Shown: piece after piece, positions 9,758 through 23,492 of the stretch
Position numbering within the stretch: the stretch's first letter is position 1
Layout of the letters: each line of letters starts with the position of its first letter
Source of the DNA: Rhizophagus irregularis
Taxonomy: Eukaryota
Assembly: GCF_026210795.1 (NCBI RefSeq)
Contig: NC_089431.1
Coordinates: forward strand, 1,302,001 to 1,366,000
Length of the DNA stretch: 64,000 bases
Direction: 5' to 3'
The notes under the pieces: generated by a model
Databases searched by the model: none
Told to the model about the DNA's origin: nothing
What the model saw: the letters and a program-made list of their open reading frames with translations, nothing else
Position numbers and translations under genes: made by a program

Positions 9758-12700
9758 TAAAATCAGAAAAAATTGATGATAGAATAATCTATATGGACGA
9801 AATAGAAAAAAGAAAAGAAGTATATGGTATATGTGGAGAATGTAATGAACCTGGCACAGGTGAAAATTGGTGTCAATCTTGTAATGCTAAAAGATTTGAA
9901 GAAAATTTTAAAAATTGGACCAGTGGAAATAAAGATATTGATGAATTAATACAACATTCACAACTTAATGCTGTACATTATAAAACATGTCTTGAATGGA
10001 TACCTTATGAAAAATTTCAAAATGTCACTTATATTACCAGAGGAGGCTTTGGTAAAATTTACTCGGCTAAATGGCCTGAAGGATATATTAGAGAATGGGA
10101 TATTGAAAATCAAAAATGGAAAAGAAGAATATATCATAAAGTTGCATTAAAAAGTTTGGATAATTCTTTTGAAATTAATACAGATTTTTTAAATGAGGTA
10201 ACTAAATAAAAAAAATTAATTTATCTTGTTATGTTTAAATTGACATTATAATTTTCATTAAATTTTTTTTTTTTAAATTTAATTATTAGATCAAATCTTA
10301 TCTTCAGATTTATGTTTGGAATATTGTTTACTGCTATGGAATAACTCAAGATCCAAATACCAAAGATTATATGATGGTTTCATATTATTTTAAAAATGGA
10401 AATTTAAGAAATTTCTATTTAAATAATTCGGATAATATAAAACTTTGTAGATTATCAAAAATTGCAAATGGACTGTTAAATATCCATAATTCTGAAAGAA
10501 TCCATAAAGACTTTCATTCAGGCAATATTTTATGTGATACCTCTTTCTCTATAAGTGATTTAGGAATGTGTCAACCAGCAAATAATAAAGAGAAATCAGA
10601 TAAAAAAGAAGGCGTTTATGGAGTATTACCTTATATGGCACCAGAAGTTTTACGTGGATATCAATATACAAAAGCAGCTGATATTTATTCATTTGGAATA
10701 ATTATGAATGAATTCCTTTCTGAAGAAATTCCTTTTAATGATATTCCTCATGATCATATTTTAGCTATTAAAATATGTAGAGGACTTAGACCAAAAATTT
10801 CTGAAGATATTCCAAAATTTCTTGTAGATTTAATTATGAAATGTTGGGATTTTAATGCAGAAAATAGACCATCTGTTAAAGAATTATATCAAATATTAAA
10901 ATTATGGAATCAAGAAGATGAGAAATCCGATAGTGAAATTCGTGCTCAGATGAATGAATATTATGAAAAAATTAGAGAAAAAAAATTGAAAAACAGATCA
11001 AATGAAAATGAGTCTGATAGTATTAAAACTCATCCTCAAGCAATTTATACAAGTAGACTTTTAAATTTCAAAGATCTTCCAGAACCAGTAAATTCTTCAG
11101 ACTTATCATCATTTCAAATTAATGCAGGTAAAATTACAATTTTAATTATGAAAAAAATCTTATACAAGTTTTAACGATGTCTAATTTTTTTAATAATAGA
11201 TTATATCCCATCAGTATCAGAAAATCTAAGTAAGTATATCCATTATTTATTTTTGTAATTATAAATTTACCGTATATTTTATTTTTAACATTACGTTATT
11301 GTTTAATTTATAGTTTCAGAATGCTTTGATGTTCAATTTAGTGAATCAGGTAAAATAATTTATTTGAAATAATTTATTGTTTTATTAATAGTTTCTCGTC
11401 TAAATATATGTACTAATTATTTAATAATAGATCTCAACGAAATTAATCAAGAAGACAATTTGAATGATGAGTCTTAAATTTGTTTTTTCGAAGATAGTTT
11501 AAAGATAATATTTAAATATTTTTATTAACTTAGTTTCTTTATTTACTTTGGTATTATCTTAATTATTGGGAGGTTTTGTGTTGTATCCGTAGTAATCGCC
11601 ACAGAAAAATATTATCTTATAACTTTCTTTTATTTCATTCCAACACAATAACAGATAAGTTTAACAATTTTAAAGGACAATAATAGTAAAATTAGCCAAA
11701 ATTTGATTCATAAGAATTTTTAAGGAATAAAGTTCGCAATTTTCTTCACGCAATTGTGAAATTCCAAATATCATTGAAAATTCGACAAATTATAAGCTGA
11801 TTGTCAGGCATTGGTGTTCTGACCTTAACCCAAAATGATTAAGCTTGTTTAATATCGTGTGAAAAAATATAAAAATATATAATATTATTTACAACATTTA
11901 GAGTTTGGATCAGTCAATCACAATTATTTGTCTCCAATAACACTGATAAAGCAATCTGCAGACGAAAAATCTGCAAATAAGCAACCCGCAGTCGAGCAAC
12001 CTATAAGGTAAATGAACAACCTATGGTAATTAGGCATCCGGGCTGTGATAAATAATGAACAAACCTACAGTAGAAGAAGAGTGTATAAGTGGCTAATTTA
12101 TATTTTTTTACGAGCATCTGCAGTCGCATGTATGACTGCTCGTGCAAAAACTAGACTTTCATAATTTTACTGGAAATTTTCTATATTTTAAAATTAATTA
12201 AATTTAATAAAATTGCCATAAAAATGTAATGTCAAATTAATAATTCACTTATACGTATTTTAAAAATTGATTTAATATTACATCGGATCAATTGTGTATA
12301 AATCCATTCACTAAACTTGACGCCCGATACGTTCGATGAACTTCGTTTTTTTTTAATTTGTTTTGAAAAAATAAAAAATGTCCGAATTTCGGCGCAAGTT
12401 AATATAAAAAGAAATTTGCAAATATTAAATTTATCTCCGGTACTTTTCGTGTAACATTTGTACTAATATATATGCTATATAATCATATAATCGTCAATTT
12501 CGGATTTCAAGTTTATTTTGAACTCATTCCTTTTATTGATTTTTTTATGACTAAATGAATCAAATGGTAATCTAAAGAAGTCATGGTTCAACTCCTAAGA
12601 TGAAATATCTAAACAAGAAAAATCAAGAAAAATTAAAAAATTAATACTTAATAAACAAAAATCCAACATATAACAAAAATCTAAATTAAAACATTCAAGT

Positions 12701-14449
12701 ATCCCTAAAAAAAGAGAGACAAAGTAGAAAATTTACCACATTCTTAAACAAAAAACACCTTCTTTGTTATAATGGTGTAGATAGCCGAAAAATAATTAAC
12801 CGCAAGTGATCCGGGCGTGATTAAACCGGTCTGGATGGAATTCGGCTCCGTTTTTCGGCTTTATTTCTTTGATTTCTTTGTTTAATCAATTTTTTTTGTT
12901 TGTAGATAAATGAGTAAAGAAAATTCATCACTAATATTAGAATTATATTCAGATCTTAGTTTGGCTTCTTGACCTCAAAAGCTCTAAATACATTTCATTA
13001 TTCTTTTAGCAGGAAATTTCCTTTATACTTTTTTGACGTGATCAAAAAAAACTTCAAAACTTTGGTATGAAGGGAAATTTGTTTTTTCTAATCAAAGTAA
13101 CTGGAAGAATAAAAATATGGAATTAATTGTAAAATTACTTTATGCTGCTTAGTAGCTTTGCATAACAATTATTTTAACTTATGAAACAAGGTAGCTAATG
13201 AATAAATCTGACAAATATAATAATTAGATTAAATAATTTTAATATCATTTTCGAATTTTAAAAAATTTAAGTAATGTAACTAGTTAATAACCAATCAACT
13301 TGCGAAATTTTATTATGTTATAACTATTTATTAAATAATAACTAGTAATAAATCGATTTTAAAATTATTTATTTATATTATTATCCTTTTTTTCTAATGT
13401 TGCCTATTACCTATTTAGTTTTAATCTATGCCAGAAATCAGCTGATTTCTCTCAATTAGTAGCCTTAAAAACCATCAAAGAAAATATACTAAAAATTCTT
13501 GCGAAAAAAATATTATGAATATCTAAGAGAATAATTTTATCTCCTGATTCAATTTCGCTTAATTTATGTGCAATTTCTCCCTCAACTTTATATATATATT
13601 AAGAATAAGTAAATTAGTATAAATTTTTGGGATAATAATACTTTAATGTTGGTCTAAATTATAGTCTGTTTAAATCTGAGATTCATAATCTTTCTCAGCT
13701 ATAATCGTCACATGTCAATATCGATACTAAAAATATCAATGTATATGATAAGTGGGTTAAGTACTATATGGAGTTGAAAAGCAGGAAAATTTTCTCCGAT
13801 GATATATATTTGATTCATGGTCAACTATATTTCGCATGAATCATTACGTGTATCAGACTGATATTTATATTTTTTAAAATTAATCCTTGAATAAGTTTTA
13901 TAAGTTTACAACTTAATTATACTTTTTATATACTCTTACTATAAAATTACATGATCTTGTTTGACGCAATTGATCATTTTTTAAATAAAGAATTTAGTTA
14001 CCGGTAGTTTAAATTTTGGTATAATTTGATGATCATTATTATATCAGAATGATAAACAGTTTTTTATTTTTTTTTTAAGTTAGAGCTGCGGTCAGTTACC
14101 AGTTTATTGGGTATACTCGGGTATTGAAATATGTTTACTATTATAAAATAAATAGATTACATAATATTTATCAATATTTCATGTGTAAACCCGTAGACTA
14201 TATAGACTATCTGAGTTAATTTATTTAATAGACGCGAAAACTGATGTTTTTCGCGTTTTCGTGTGTTTATTGCTTATACAGTAGTTTATAAAAAGTTTGT
14301 ACAACAAAAAAATATATAAAAAGGTCTTAAATATCCTTTTCAATTTCAATATGAAAAAATTTATTTCTACGAAAAAATTCTACAAAATAAATTTTAATTT
14401 ATTTTACGAAAAATTCTTTACGAAAATTTAACTTTATAATTTTTTTACC

Positions 14450-14483
14450 CAACTTCACACCAACTTCATCCAACTTCACCCAA
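14450..14483 (+). repeat. Three tandem copies of an approximately 10-bp unit (CAACTTCA-based)
   Basis: caacttcacac caacttcatc caacttcacc read directly from the sequence. Confidence 0.7.
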
Positions 14484-15152
14484 ATGCCACGACATAAGAA
14501 ATCGTCTAAAGGTCATTCTTGGGGTAATTTTTTACAATAAAGGACAGGTTTATCAAAACGTAGTTTCAATAAAAAAAATATTTTAATATACAAAAAAGTA
14601 TTCGTTATTTAATCATGTTGAAAATAATAGTACTCCAGAAAAAACACTACACGAGTTCCATCCTCACCACCCTCATCTTCACAGCAATCACAAACTGAAA
14701 AAAAACAAGAGCAAAGAACAAGAGCCTGCTGTTGAGAAATCCGAAAAAGAAATTTCGAAGCCCCCAACTCATAAACCTGGTTCTTTAACAGCAAATAACA
14801 AAAGCCAAAACTTCATTTATCAACTCGTGATCACGTAGTTCAAATAAGTAATGATTCAACGGTTGGAGATGACGAGTCAATTTGGGATGAGGGAGATCAA
14901 CCTACTACTTCTTATAATATAGCCAGAAAACTTTCTAGTGTCGAAGAAGACGTTTGTTATTTATTAAGAACCGCTAACAAAGGTGATGGAATAGATTATA
15001 ATGCATTAGAAGAATATACTACAGAAGAAAAAACTTCAGCGAAAAAAGATGAGGGAAATTATCATTTATTGCCTTCGTCTATTGATGTTAAGCAGAATAA
15101 GGACAGGCAGAATGAGACTAGGGTATTACGTGGTATGTATAAATTAACAAGT

Positions 15153-15194
15153 TTGCTGGATGGACGTGAGTAGTTGCTGGATGGACGTGAGTAG
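15153..15194 (+). repeat. Perfect 21-bp tandem duplication TTGCTGGATGGACGTGAGTAG x2
   Basis: Identical units at 15153-15173 and 15174-15194. Confidence 0.9.
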
Positions 15195-17074
15195 GTGCGC
15201 ACTGCAGGGTTCACGCCTCGCATGAGACATGCTTGGTGCATCCAAGGTTACAGCCAAAAGTCTTCCAGATGGTAAACTGTTATAGTCAGAAATCGTTGAT
15301 AGTTTGCCACTCCAGTTGTATAGGTTTTGTGAACTATCAATGATGACATATGTATACTGGTGGCTGCAGACACTTATGAATGTTTGTAAATTATAGGTAA
15401 TGCTGATAACAATGGTGCCTCCCTCAGATGATAACACAGAATGCGAAGCCTTCTGTTAATTTTTGCTGAACCTTATCCTCTGTAATGCAAATAAGGTCTT
15501 CAGATTCCTACGAGTTTGTATCTAACTCATTGTTTCTTTGCGGTATGAGGATTTAAGCTACATTTATGATGAAATTTCTCAAACCTTTTTCAGTAAAATT
15601 ATCTTTTATCGTGGTTGATGAAAAATTAATGGCCATTACTTGATATTTGACCGTATATTCAACACTACCGGTTATTTCTTGTGTATAATTTTCTAGGAAT
15701 ATGGTCATTATTCAAGTTTGACATATTTTGCTACTTATATATTCATATTCTTTTGTTACGCTATTAAAACTCCCAGCCCACACTCGGCCCAACTCACATA
15801 CCTAAAGGAAGACATAAAAATAGGGATCTAAGAGAAGACCTAATAAAGAGAAAACCTTGACAGGAGAGTGGAGGTGCACATATTTTCTTAGAGAAGTTCT
15901 TGAAAAAGAGTGCATATCAAGTATTAAAAATGCGAAATTTTTTTTTTTTGATGTTTATACTTTGTATTTGTTATCTGACCTCTTATCATTGTATTCTTTT
16001 TTTATTTATCAGTTACAGCACTATTTTGTATTGAAACACTGGACAACAGATGAAAGTTCTCTGGACGAAGCATTACTGATTTTCTAGAGAGTGTAAATGG
16101 GCAAAATGGCTCAAGAAACTTTAAAAGAGGTGTATATTTTTTTATTTGCAAAGTGGGTAACTTTCTAAGTCAAAATTAGAACAGATAACTCATTTGAGTC
16201 AGGGAGTTCACAAATTTTACTTAGGAGGGTACTGGATTTGTTTGTTTGGGTTGGGTAAGGGTGAGCAAAGTGGGTAATTCCTTGAAATTACCTGCTTTTT
16301 TCTTTTGTCTTTTTTCTTTTATTTTTATTTTTATTTTTTTTATTCCCTTTTTTTCTTCTTTTTTTTTTATTTTTTTTTATTTCTCTTGTTCATTTGATAA
16401 CCAACTCAAGCAGATAAAATCCTACTTTGTTATTGATAAAGTCTGCTAATTCTGGAAAAGGAATTGGCTATCTCTTCTTTATCATTAAATAAAAATTTAG
16501 CACACTATTAATAATTTTTTCTTTCTCATAATAGGTAAATGCAGAGATTTACAATTGGAAAGTTTTTTTTTTTTACCAAATTTCTTCCTTTTTGATTTTG
16601 AATTTCCTGAATTGGTAAATTTCTTCCTTTTTGATGCTGAATTTTCTGAGTCTGCTAACTTTTTCTGAGTCTATTAACTTCCTTTTTTGTGTCATCTTAA
16701 ATAAAAAAGAAAAAAAAAAGAAAGAGACTGGTAGAATGAAAAAATTTTCTTAAAGGAGTTTTTGATACAGTACAATCTGTTGTCTTGTTAATAATAATTA
16801 TAATAAATTATTTCAAATAATTTTTACATTGTTAAGATAGAATACTTAAAAAAAAATACTTAAAAAATATTGGTTTATACTATAAATTATTTAAACCATA
16901 AATTAAAAGTTTTGACCTTACAAATTTTAATATAAATATGAAGACACTACTACTACACCCAAGTTTTGCTTTTTTGACATTGACAATTAACCATTTTATC
17001 ATTTTTTTTTTCCTTTTTTTAATTTCGCATAGAAGAATTGCCTTCATAATGTGGATAATCATCATATACCTGTT

Positions 17075-18808
17075 TTAAATTTCACATTCCAAACATTCTG
17101 AAACTGTAATTAAAATATAATATTAAATAAACAAAATAATATTATAATAATCATCAATGATTAAGACTTACCTGGGGTTACCGACGCATCTAAAAATAAA
17201 AAATAAACATGTAAATAAAATAATAATAAATTTTTTGTAATTAAACTCTAAAGATTTACCTGAATAAATTTTAGATGATAATAAATCTGAAGAATTTGCT
17301 GGTTCTGGAAGATTTTTGAAATTTAAAAGTCTGCTGGTATAGATTGCTTGAGGATGAGTTTTAATGATTTCAGGCTTATTTTCACTTGACCTTTTTATCA
17401 ATTTGTTTTCTCTAATTTTTTTATATTCATCCATTTGAGAATAAATTTCACTATTACTATCAACTTCTTCTTCATCCCATTTTTTTATAATTTGATATAA
17501 TTCTTTAGCAGTCGGTCTATTCTCTGCATTAGCATCCCAACATTTCATGATTAAACTTGCAAGAAGTTCTGGAATACTTTCAGAAATTTTTGGTCTAAAA
17601 CCCTTACATATTTCAACAGCTAAATATTCATCATGGGGTATATTATTAAAGGGAATTTCTTCAGAAAGATATTCATTCATTATAATTCCAAATGAATAAA
17701 TATCTGATGCTTTTGTATATTGATATCCACGTATAACTTCTGGCGCCATATAAGGTAATACCCCATAAACTCCTTCTTTACCTGACATCGCATTTGCTGG
17801 TTGACACATTCCTAAATCACTTATATATGCACTCAAACTATATAATATATTACCTGAATGAAAGTCTTTATGAACTCTTTCAGCATTATGGATATTTAAC
17901 AGTCCAAATGCAATTATTGATAATGTATAAAGTTTTAGAGTATCATTTTCAGGCTTATTTAAATAGTAATTTCTTAAATTTCCGTCATTACAATAATATA
18001 AAACCATTGCATAATCTTTGGTATTTGGATCTTGAGTTATTCCAAAACATTGAACAATACCCTCAAAATAGATCTGAAGATGAGATTTAATCTAATAACA
18101 AATATTTAAATAAAATTAATAATTATAATGCAAAAATAAAAATATTTTTTTTATTTATTTTTTGTTACCTCATTTAAAAATTCTACACTAATCTCAGAAA
18201 AATTATCCAGACTTTTAATGCAACTTTATAATCTGTATTTCTAATCCATTCTTGATTTTCAATATCCCAATATTGAATATGCCCTTCAGGCCATTTAGCC
18301 GAATAAATTTTACCAAAACCTCCTCTGGTAATATAAGTAACATCTTGAAATTTTTCAAAAGGTATCCATTCAAGACATTTTGTATAAATTAAAGCATTAA
18401 GTTGTGAATATTGTATTAATTCATCAATATTATTATTTCCACTAGTCCAATTTTTAAAACTTTCTTTAAATCTTTTAGAATTACAAGATTGACACCATCT
18501 TTCTCCTGTACCAGGTTCATTACATTCTCCGCAAATACCATATGCTTCTTTTCTTTTTTCTATTTCATCCATATAGATTATTCTATCATCAATCTCTTCT
18601 GATTTAGTAGCTGAATCAATAGAAGAAATTGTAACATAACGCTTTTAAATAAATGATTAATAAAGAAAGATTATTATTATTACTATTTAAACGGAATAAA
18701 TACTAATAAAATGAATTACTGTACATTTACCTGATATTTATCATCAACAATATTATCTTTCCATAAATTTCTTGGCTTTTCTGTGGATGTTTTATTCAAG
18801 ATATCCAT
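17075..18808 (-). pseudogene. TKL protein kinase, copy 2, with one 1-nt frameshift at 18213-18216 (pseudogene or homopolymer error); exons 18808-18731, 18641-18169, 18091-17260, 17189-17172, 17103-17075
   Basis: Same exon layout and motifs as copy 1. TTAAAAGT has 4 A where both paralogues have 5, so VALKSLDN becomes VALKVWII*. The rest of the frame is open. Confidence 0.8.
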
Positions 18809-21800
18809 ATTAATTAATTTTAATTAAGAATATTTACTACGTCTTACGATGTGAAAGAAAAAGTTAAAACGAACAAATTAGTAAGAATGAATTTTAAATA
18901 TTTATCAAATTCGGGGTATGGTATTATGTTACATCTGAACTGTCAGACAAACATTGTCCTTGTGAACATTGTGAAACCATCACAATGAATTGATTGAATC
19001 GTATAAAAAATCCTTCATATACTATTAAATGAACTCACTAAATTTGATTAAATAGTAATTGATATTTTTTTGTTATCATAATTCATAAGTAATGATATGG
19101 GTGGTAGACATAAACACATTTTTATATTTTATAATATAGCACATTGATCTAATCCGAAAAATGTCAACTTGCAAATTATATATGTCTTCAATACATTTTT
19201 TACTAAACATCATGGCATAACTTTGTTATTATTGTATATATACTGTTATTGTAGTTTGCAATTATTTAATTTAGAAAAAAAGTAGCCAATTATAACACTA
19301 TTAAATCGCTAAATTTTATATATATATTCGATTCTTTATTTACGAACTTTAAAATTATTTATTTGTCTACTTTATTTATTTTAAGGATCAAAAAATTTAA
19401 TAAACCAATCGGAAATTTGATAAAAAATTCTCTGTGTTTTTATTTAAATCACGAAGGAAAATACCCTTCTTTAACGAAAACTCAAATTTAGTTAGATTGC
19501 ATCAATTAAAATATTAACTGATAACATATTGTTTAAATTATCAATATTTGTATATTACCTTTGGTTTTAAAAGATTTCTGAATAACTTTTTTGGATCAGC
19601 TAGTCCAAATTTAAAATTTTTCTACTGCTGTAATCTTCCAATAAAATTATACACAGCAGTTAAAGTAAATAGTTCAGATTTATTCATTTGTCCTTATGGT
19701 TTTTTGGAAGTTCCTAGTGGTGCGTTATCAATTATATCATGTGATCATGTCCCACAAAAAAATTTTTAGTAGGGAACGTCAAAATTAACATGTTACATTG
19801 TCATTATTGTATTTAAAAGGAATGATTGATAAAATGAACAATAAAAACTCATTTTTTTAGGCTATTTGCACTTTAATGCTACTATCATATGACCACGCGA
19901 TTATATGATTATATGATAGTGGCAGAATTTTTGTTGCACCTAGTTTCTAACTTGTCACTTTATTTCAACTACATTTAGAAAATCAAAAGAAATTTATATT
20001 TATACTTTGTTTTTTCGAATAATGTTAAGAAATATTATTAAATAATATTCATATTGGATAACTGGATTATCTAGCTATCCATTACGAATGGTCGGATGAA
20101 CGATTATCATCTTTTTTAAAAAAATTTTGTTGTAAGATTATTCCTGATATTATATTTTACAAAGAAAAATTTTTAAAATTTGTGAAAAAAGCTTATATTT
20201 TCTCTCCTTCCACCACTCCTATACCTTCTGATCCAAGATTCGAATTATTTGCAGTAAGGATTATGTACCAGATGCTCAGATCACACATGTCATATGGCTG
20301 ATTGTGACACTGTTATATTTCAAAAAAAAGGCCATTCAATTTCTAATGAGAGAAATTGTTGTCAAAATTGTCAAATATGATTCAATCTTAATTAGGAAAT
20401 TAGTAAAATCAACCGCTGGTGATGAACCTAGTAAAATCTCATGTATATAAAATAATGCACTTCATGAGTTACTATATTTTAATAATATTTATATACTAGG
20501 CGCTTATTTTTTAATTAAGAGACAACAAACTTTTATTTTATTTTTAGTGCAAATTATTTTTATTCGTATAGTATATTATTAATTAACGAAGAAAATATGT
20601 ACATGATTTCTAAAGGAATCTTCAATAAATAAAATATCGTTTCTTGCTATTGAAATAAAATTTTCCTTGTTGTTAATTCTTATATCTGATATGTATGATT
20701 TAACTTTAACTATCTAAATCAGGCAGTTAAGGTCTCGTTGTCTTGTAAAATACGAGAATTTAGAGAGATCAACTTAATCTTCAGCGGATACAAACCATAC
20801 AATAGTACTTTATCTCTGAAGATGACATTGTCATTTGGATCTAGTAATAGGATTTGTCAGCGGAAAATGGTTATGATGGAAATTCAATTTTATTATACAA
20901 AGATTTAAAGTTCAACAAATCTAATTTATAAGTAAAGGTCAATATAATTCAATAATGAGTTGTGAAATTATTAATTAATAAATTAATCATTAAAGAAAAA
21001 AGTTGCGAGAAAGAAAATAACTACATACCATGATATTATGTCAACTTGATTTCGTTTTGAATTTCTTAAACTTTCGAACTTCTTGCTATGTAAAAGATGA
21101 TCCAAGAGATGATAATTCCAGTCGAAAGAAATCCAATAGTTAAGAATAGTCGTAGCACTTACAAAATCTAAAATAATTTTTTTTATAATATAAAAGATCA
21201 CTTCTGGAAAGGGAATAAATTTATAAACTATTTCCACCTAAAAAGGAAGAGTGATGACTAAAAAACAGAGATTAAAATCTATGCAATTCATTTAACTTGT
21301 TCCTAATGAAAACTGATTAACCAATTAATAACAATATATATACTACTAGATCAGTAAATAACTAATACAAATAATTTACCATCAACAAATAGAATAGGAT
21401 CGGAAAAATTGATTGTAAGAAAGATATTTTTCCGTTATTTTTAAAATTGTAAATAGAGCACAGTATTTTTGAAAGAAAGAAGAGGTTTGTTTTGAACAAA
21501 AATAACGTGCATTGTTTATATAAAAATACCATGAGTTTATATGCTAAGTTTATACAATGTTTTGAACGCGTAAACCATTTATATGACGTGAAATTATTTT
21601 TTCCCATTTATGTTTAGATAAGCGTGTTTATGACTTAATTGGAGATCCAATGTGAGATGTGATATCCTACAAATTTTCGTTCACTTCGTAATAAAAAAAA
21701 CAAATGGTATTAAGAATTGATTCCCAGTGGGAAATCGATATTCAAGCTATAACTTAATTAACATTAGACAAACAATGGCTTTTGTTATAATAAAATTTAT

Positions 21801-23492
21801 TGGAAATGAGGATGATACATAGCAAAAATATCCATTGGCTAAAAAATGATCTGATTCCGGATAAATGATCCATAGAATTTCTGTATGTATCAGGATGATC
21901 AAAATCGCGATGTACGCATTTATAAAATTTCATTTTCTGAACTTATTAAGAACAATATTCATTATTAAATAACTTTCTCACTAACTTTGCGATACTGATG
22001 TTGCTGCTCAAGTGCTGATAATAGTGAATTAGTGGATTGATCTGAATTGATTTGGATTTTTTTTTTCCCAGATACGTATTTAAACCAAAATCCGGTTTTT
22101 TTTTGCGTAGTCATCATTTGAAATTGGTATCTTCGTAATCGTTAACTGAAACTTTACTCTGTGAAATAAAAATAAAATCATCATGTGAAATTGGACTTTA
22201 ACCCATTTATTATAAAATTGGCATGTAATTAATGATGTGACTCATAATATTTACATATCAGTGGAATTTTTCTGGGTCTCTGCTAATTATTCTGAGAAAA
22301 TGAAAAATAGGCATTTTGTTTTCTTTATTGTTCATTAAAAATGTTCCCGTTTTCTAGACTTTTTGTGAGGTTTTCTCGACCTGCACCGCGTATTTTCCGA
22401 CCGGTAGCCTTTTTCTCGTCTACTTCAACATTATTTGAAAAGATGACACGATAATTAGTTAAGGAAATGCTTAGGGAAAAATGGTCACACATAATTAAAC
22501 ATAACACATCTCTATATATATGTTTTTACGAGAAGTGATGTTTAAGGCACTTAAAGTGGACTTCTAACCTGCCGTGTGCAGTAAGTCAGTAACCAAATCT
22601 TTTGTTTATGATGCGTCCTAACGTTTGCATCCCTAAAACCCAGAAATCACCAAGAATGCAGACTGTTCATTGGAAGATGACAGCAAATACTGAATTTTTG
22701 ATTAAGATGACAAACACGACCATGATTATTGCTGTGGAGGTCGTCAGTATTTTTTATTTTCTGACAGGACCATATTTATTTATTCATTAACTTGACAGCA
22801 CTCTAATAGGATAAACATTTCGCAAGCCTTTGAAAGGTTATTGGGAATGGAAATTGTTGCAGAGATACTCGCCTGTGGATCTGAAAATACGCTCTGCTAA
22901 ACGAGCATTGGCTTCTTAAAGAAGGGAATCTTTTTCTGTCAACACTGTAGATGCAACATCATCCAAACCTGGTTCAGTTCAGAAATGCAGCTTTATTTAA
23001 GTTTATTATTTTTTATTTTCTTAAAGTTAATAAATTTTTTTTAATAATTTTTTTTATTGGTAATCCATATAAGAACTGGATAGTCATATTAATAAAATTG
23101 GAAATATGTATAATACGGTTCTAAAATCTAACATTCCTTCTATTTAAAGTGTTATTTATAAGAATAATTATCAAAATTAACCCATTAAATCGTTGATTAT
23201 AGATAGAAATAATTCGTAAAAAATTAAATTTATCGTGACTTCAAGTACTGCATTTCTATAGATATATTTTGATTTAAACTATTATTAACTCTCAAATAGT
23301 ATAGATTACTATACTATTAAATGATAAAATTTTAAAATAAATTTTTTTATTAAAATATTTTTAATGATACAGTACTTAATTAAACAAATTATATGTTCAC
23401 ATGATTAAGTGTGGATCATATGCCTTGTGTTGCAAAGTTAATGTTATAATTAAAAATTATTCTCGCCAAAAACATCTTAATCAAAAATTAGC

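Larger units (their letters stand above)
8248..11477 (+). pseudogene. Tyrosine-kinase-like (TKL) protein kinase, copy 1, interrupted in coding exon 2 by a Tc1 element; exons 8248-8322, 8404-8439/9760-10197, 10290-11127, 11200-11229, 11314-11349, 11431-11477
   Basis: Kinase motifs RGGFGKIY, VALK, HKDFHSGN, ISDLG, YMAPE, DIYSFG. Removing the element and one TA restores the frame (STI|KSEKIDDRIIYMDE), matching the paralogues. The ORF from ATG 9793 onward is intact, so a truncated product is possible. Confidence 0.85.

Noticed and set aside
12548..12600. B-box/T-loop-like GGTTCAACTCC suggesting a tRNA
   Set aside because: No acceptor, D or anticodon stems could be built.
14081..14125. hAT-like terminus TAGAGCTGCGG
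   Set aside because: No matching inverted end or TSD found in the window.
22540..22980. Coding-like GC-richer stretch
   Set aside because: Frames are interrupted and no motif is recognisable; probably a decayed fragment.
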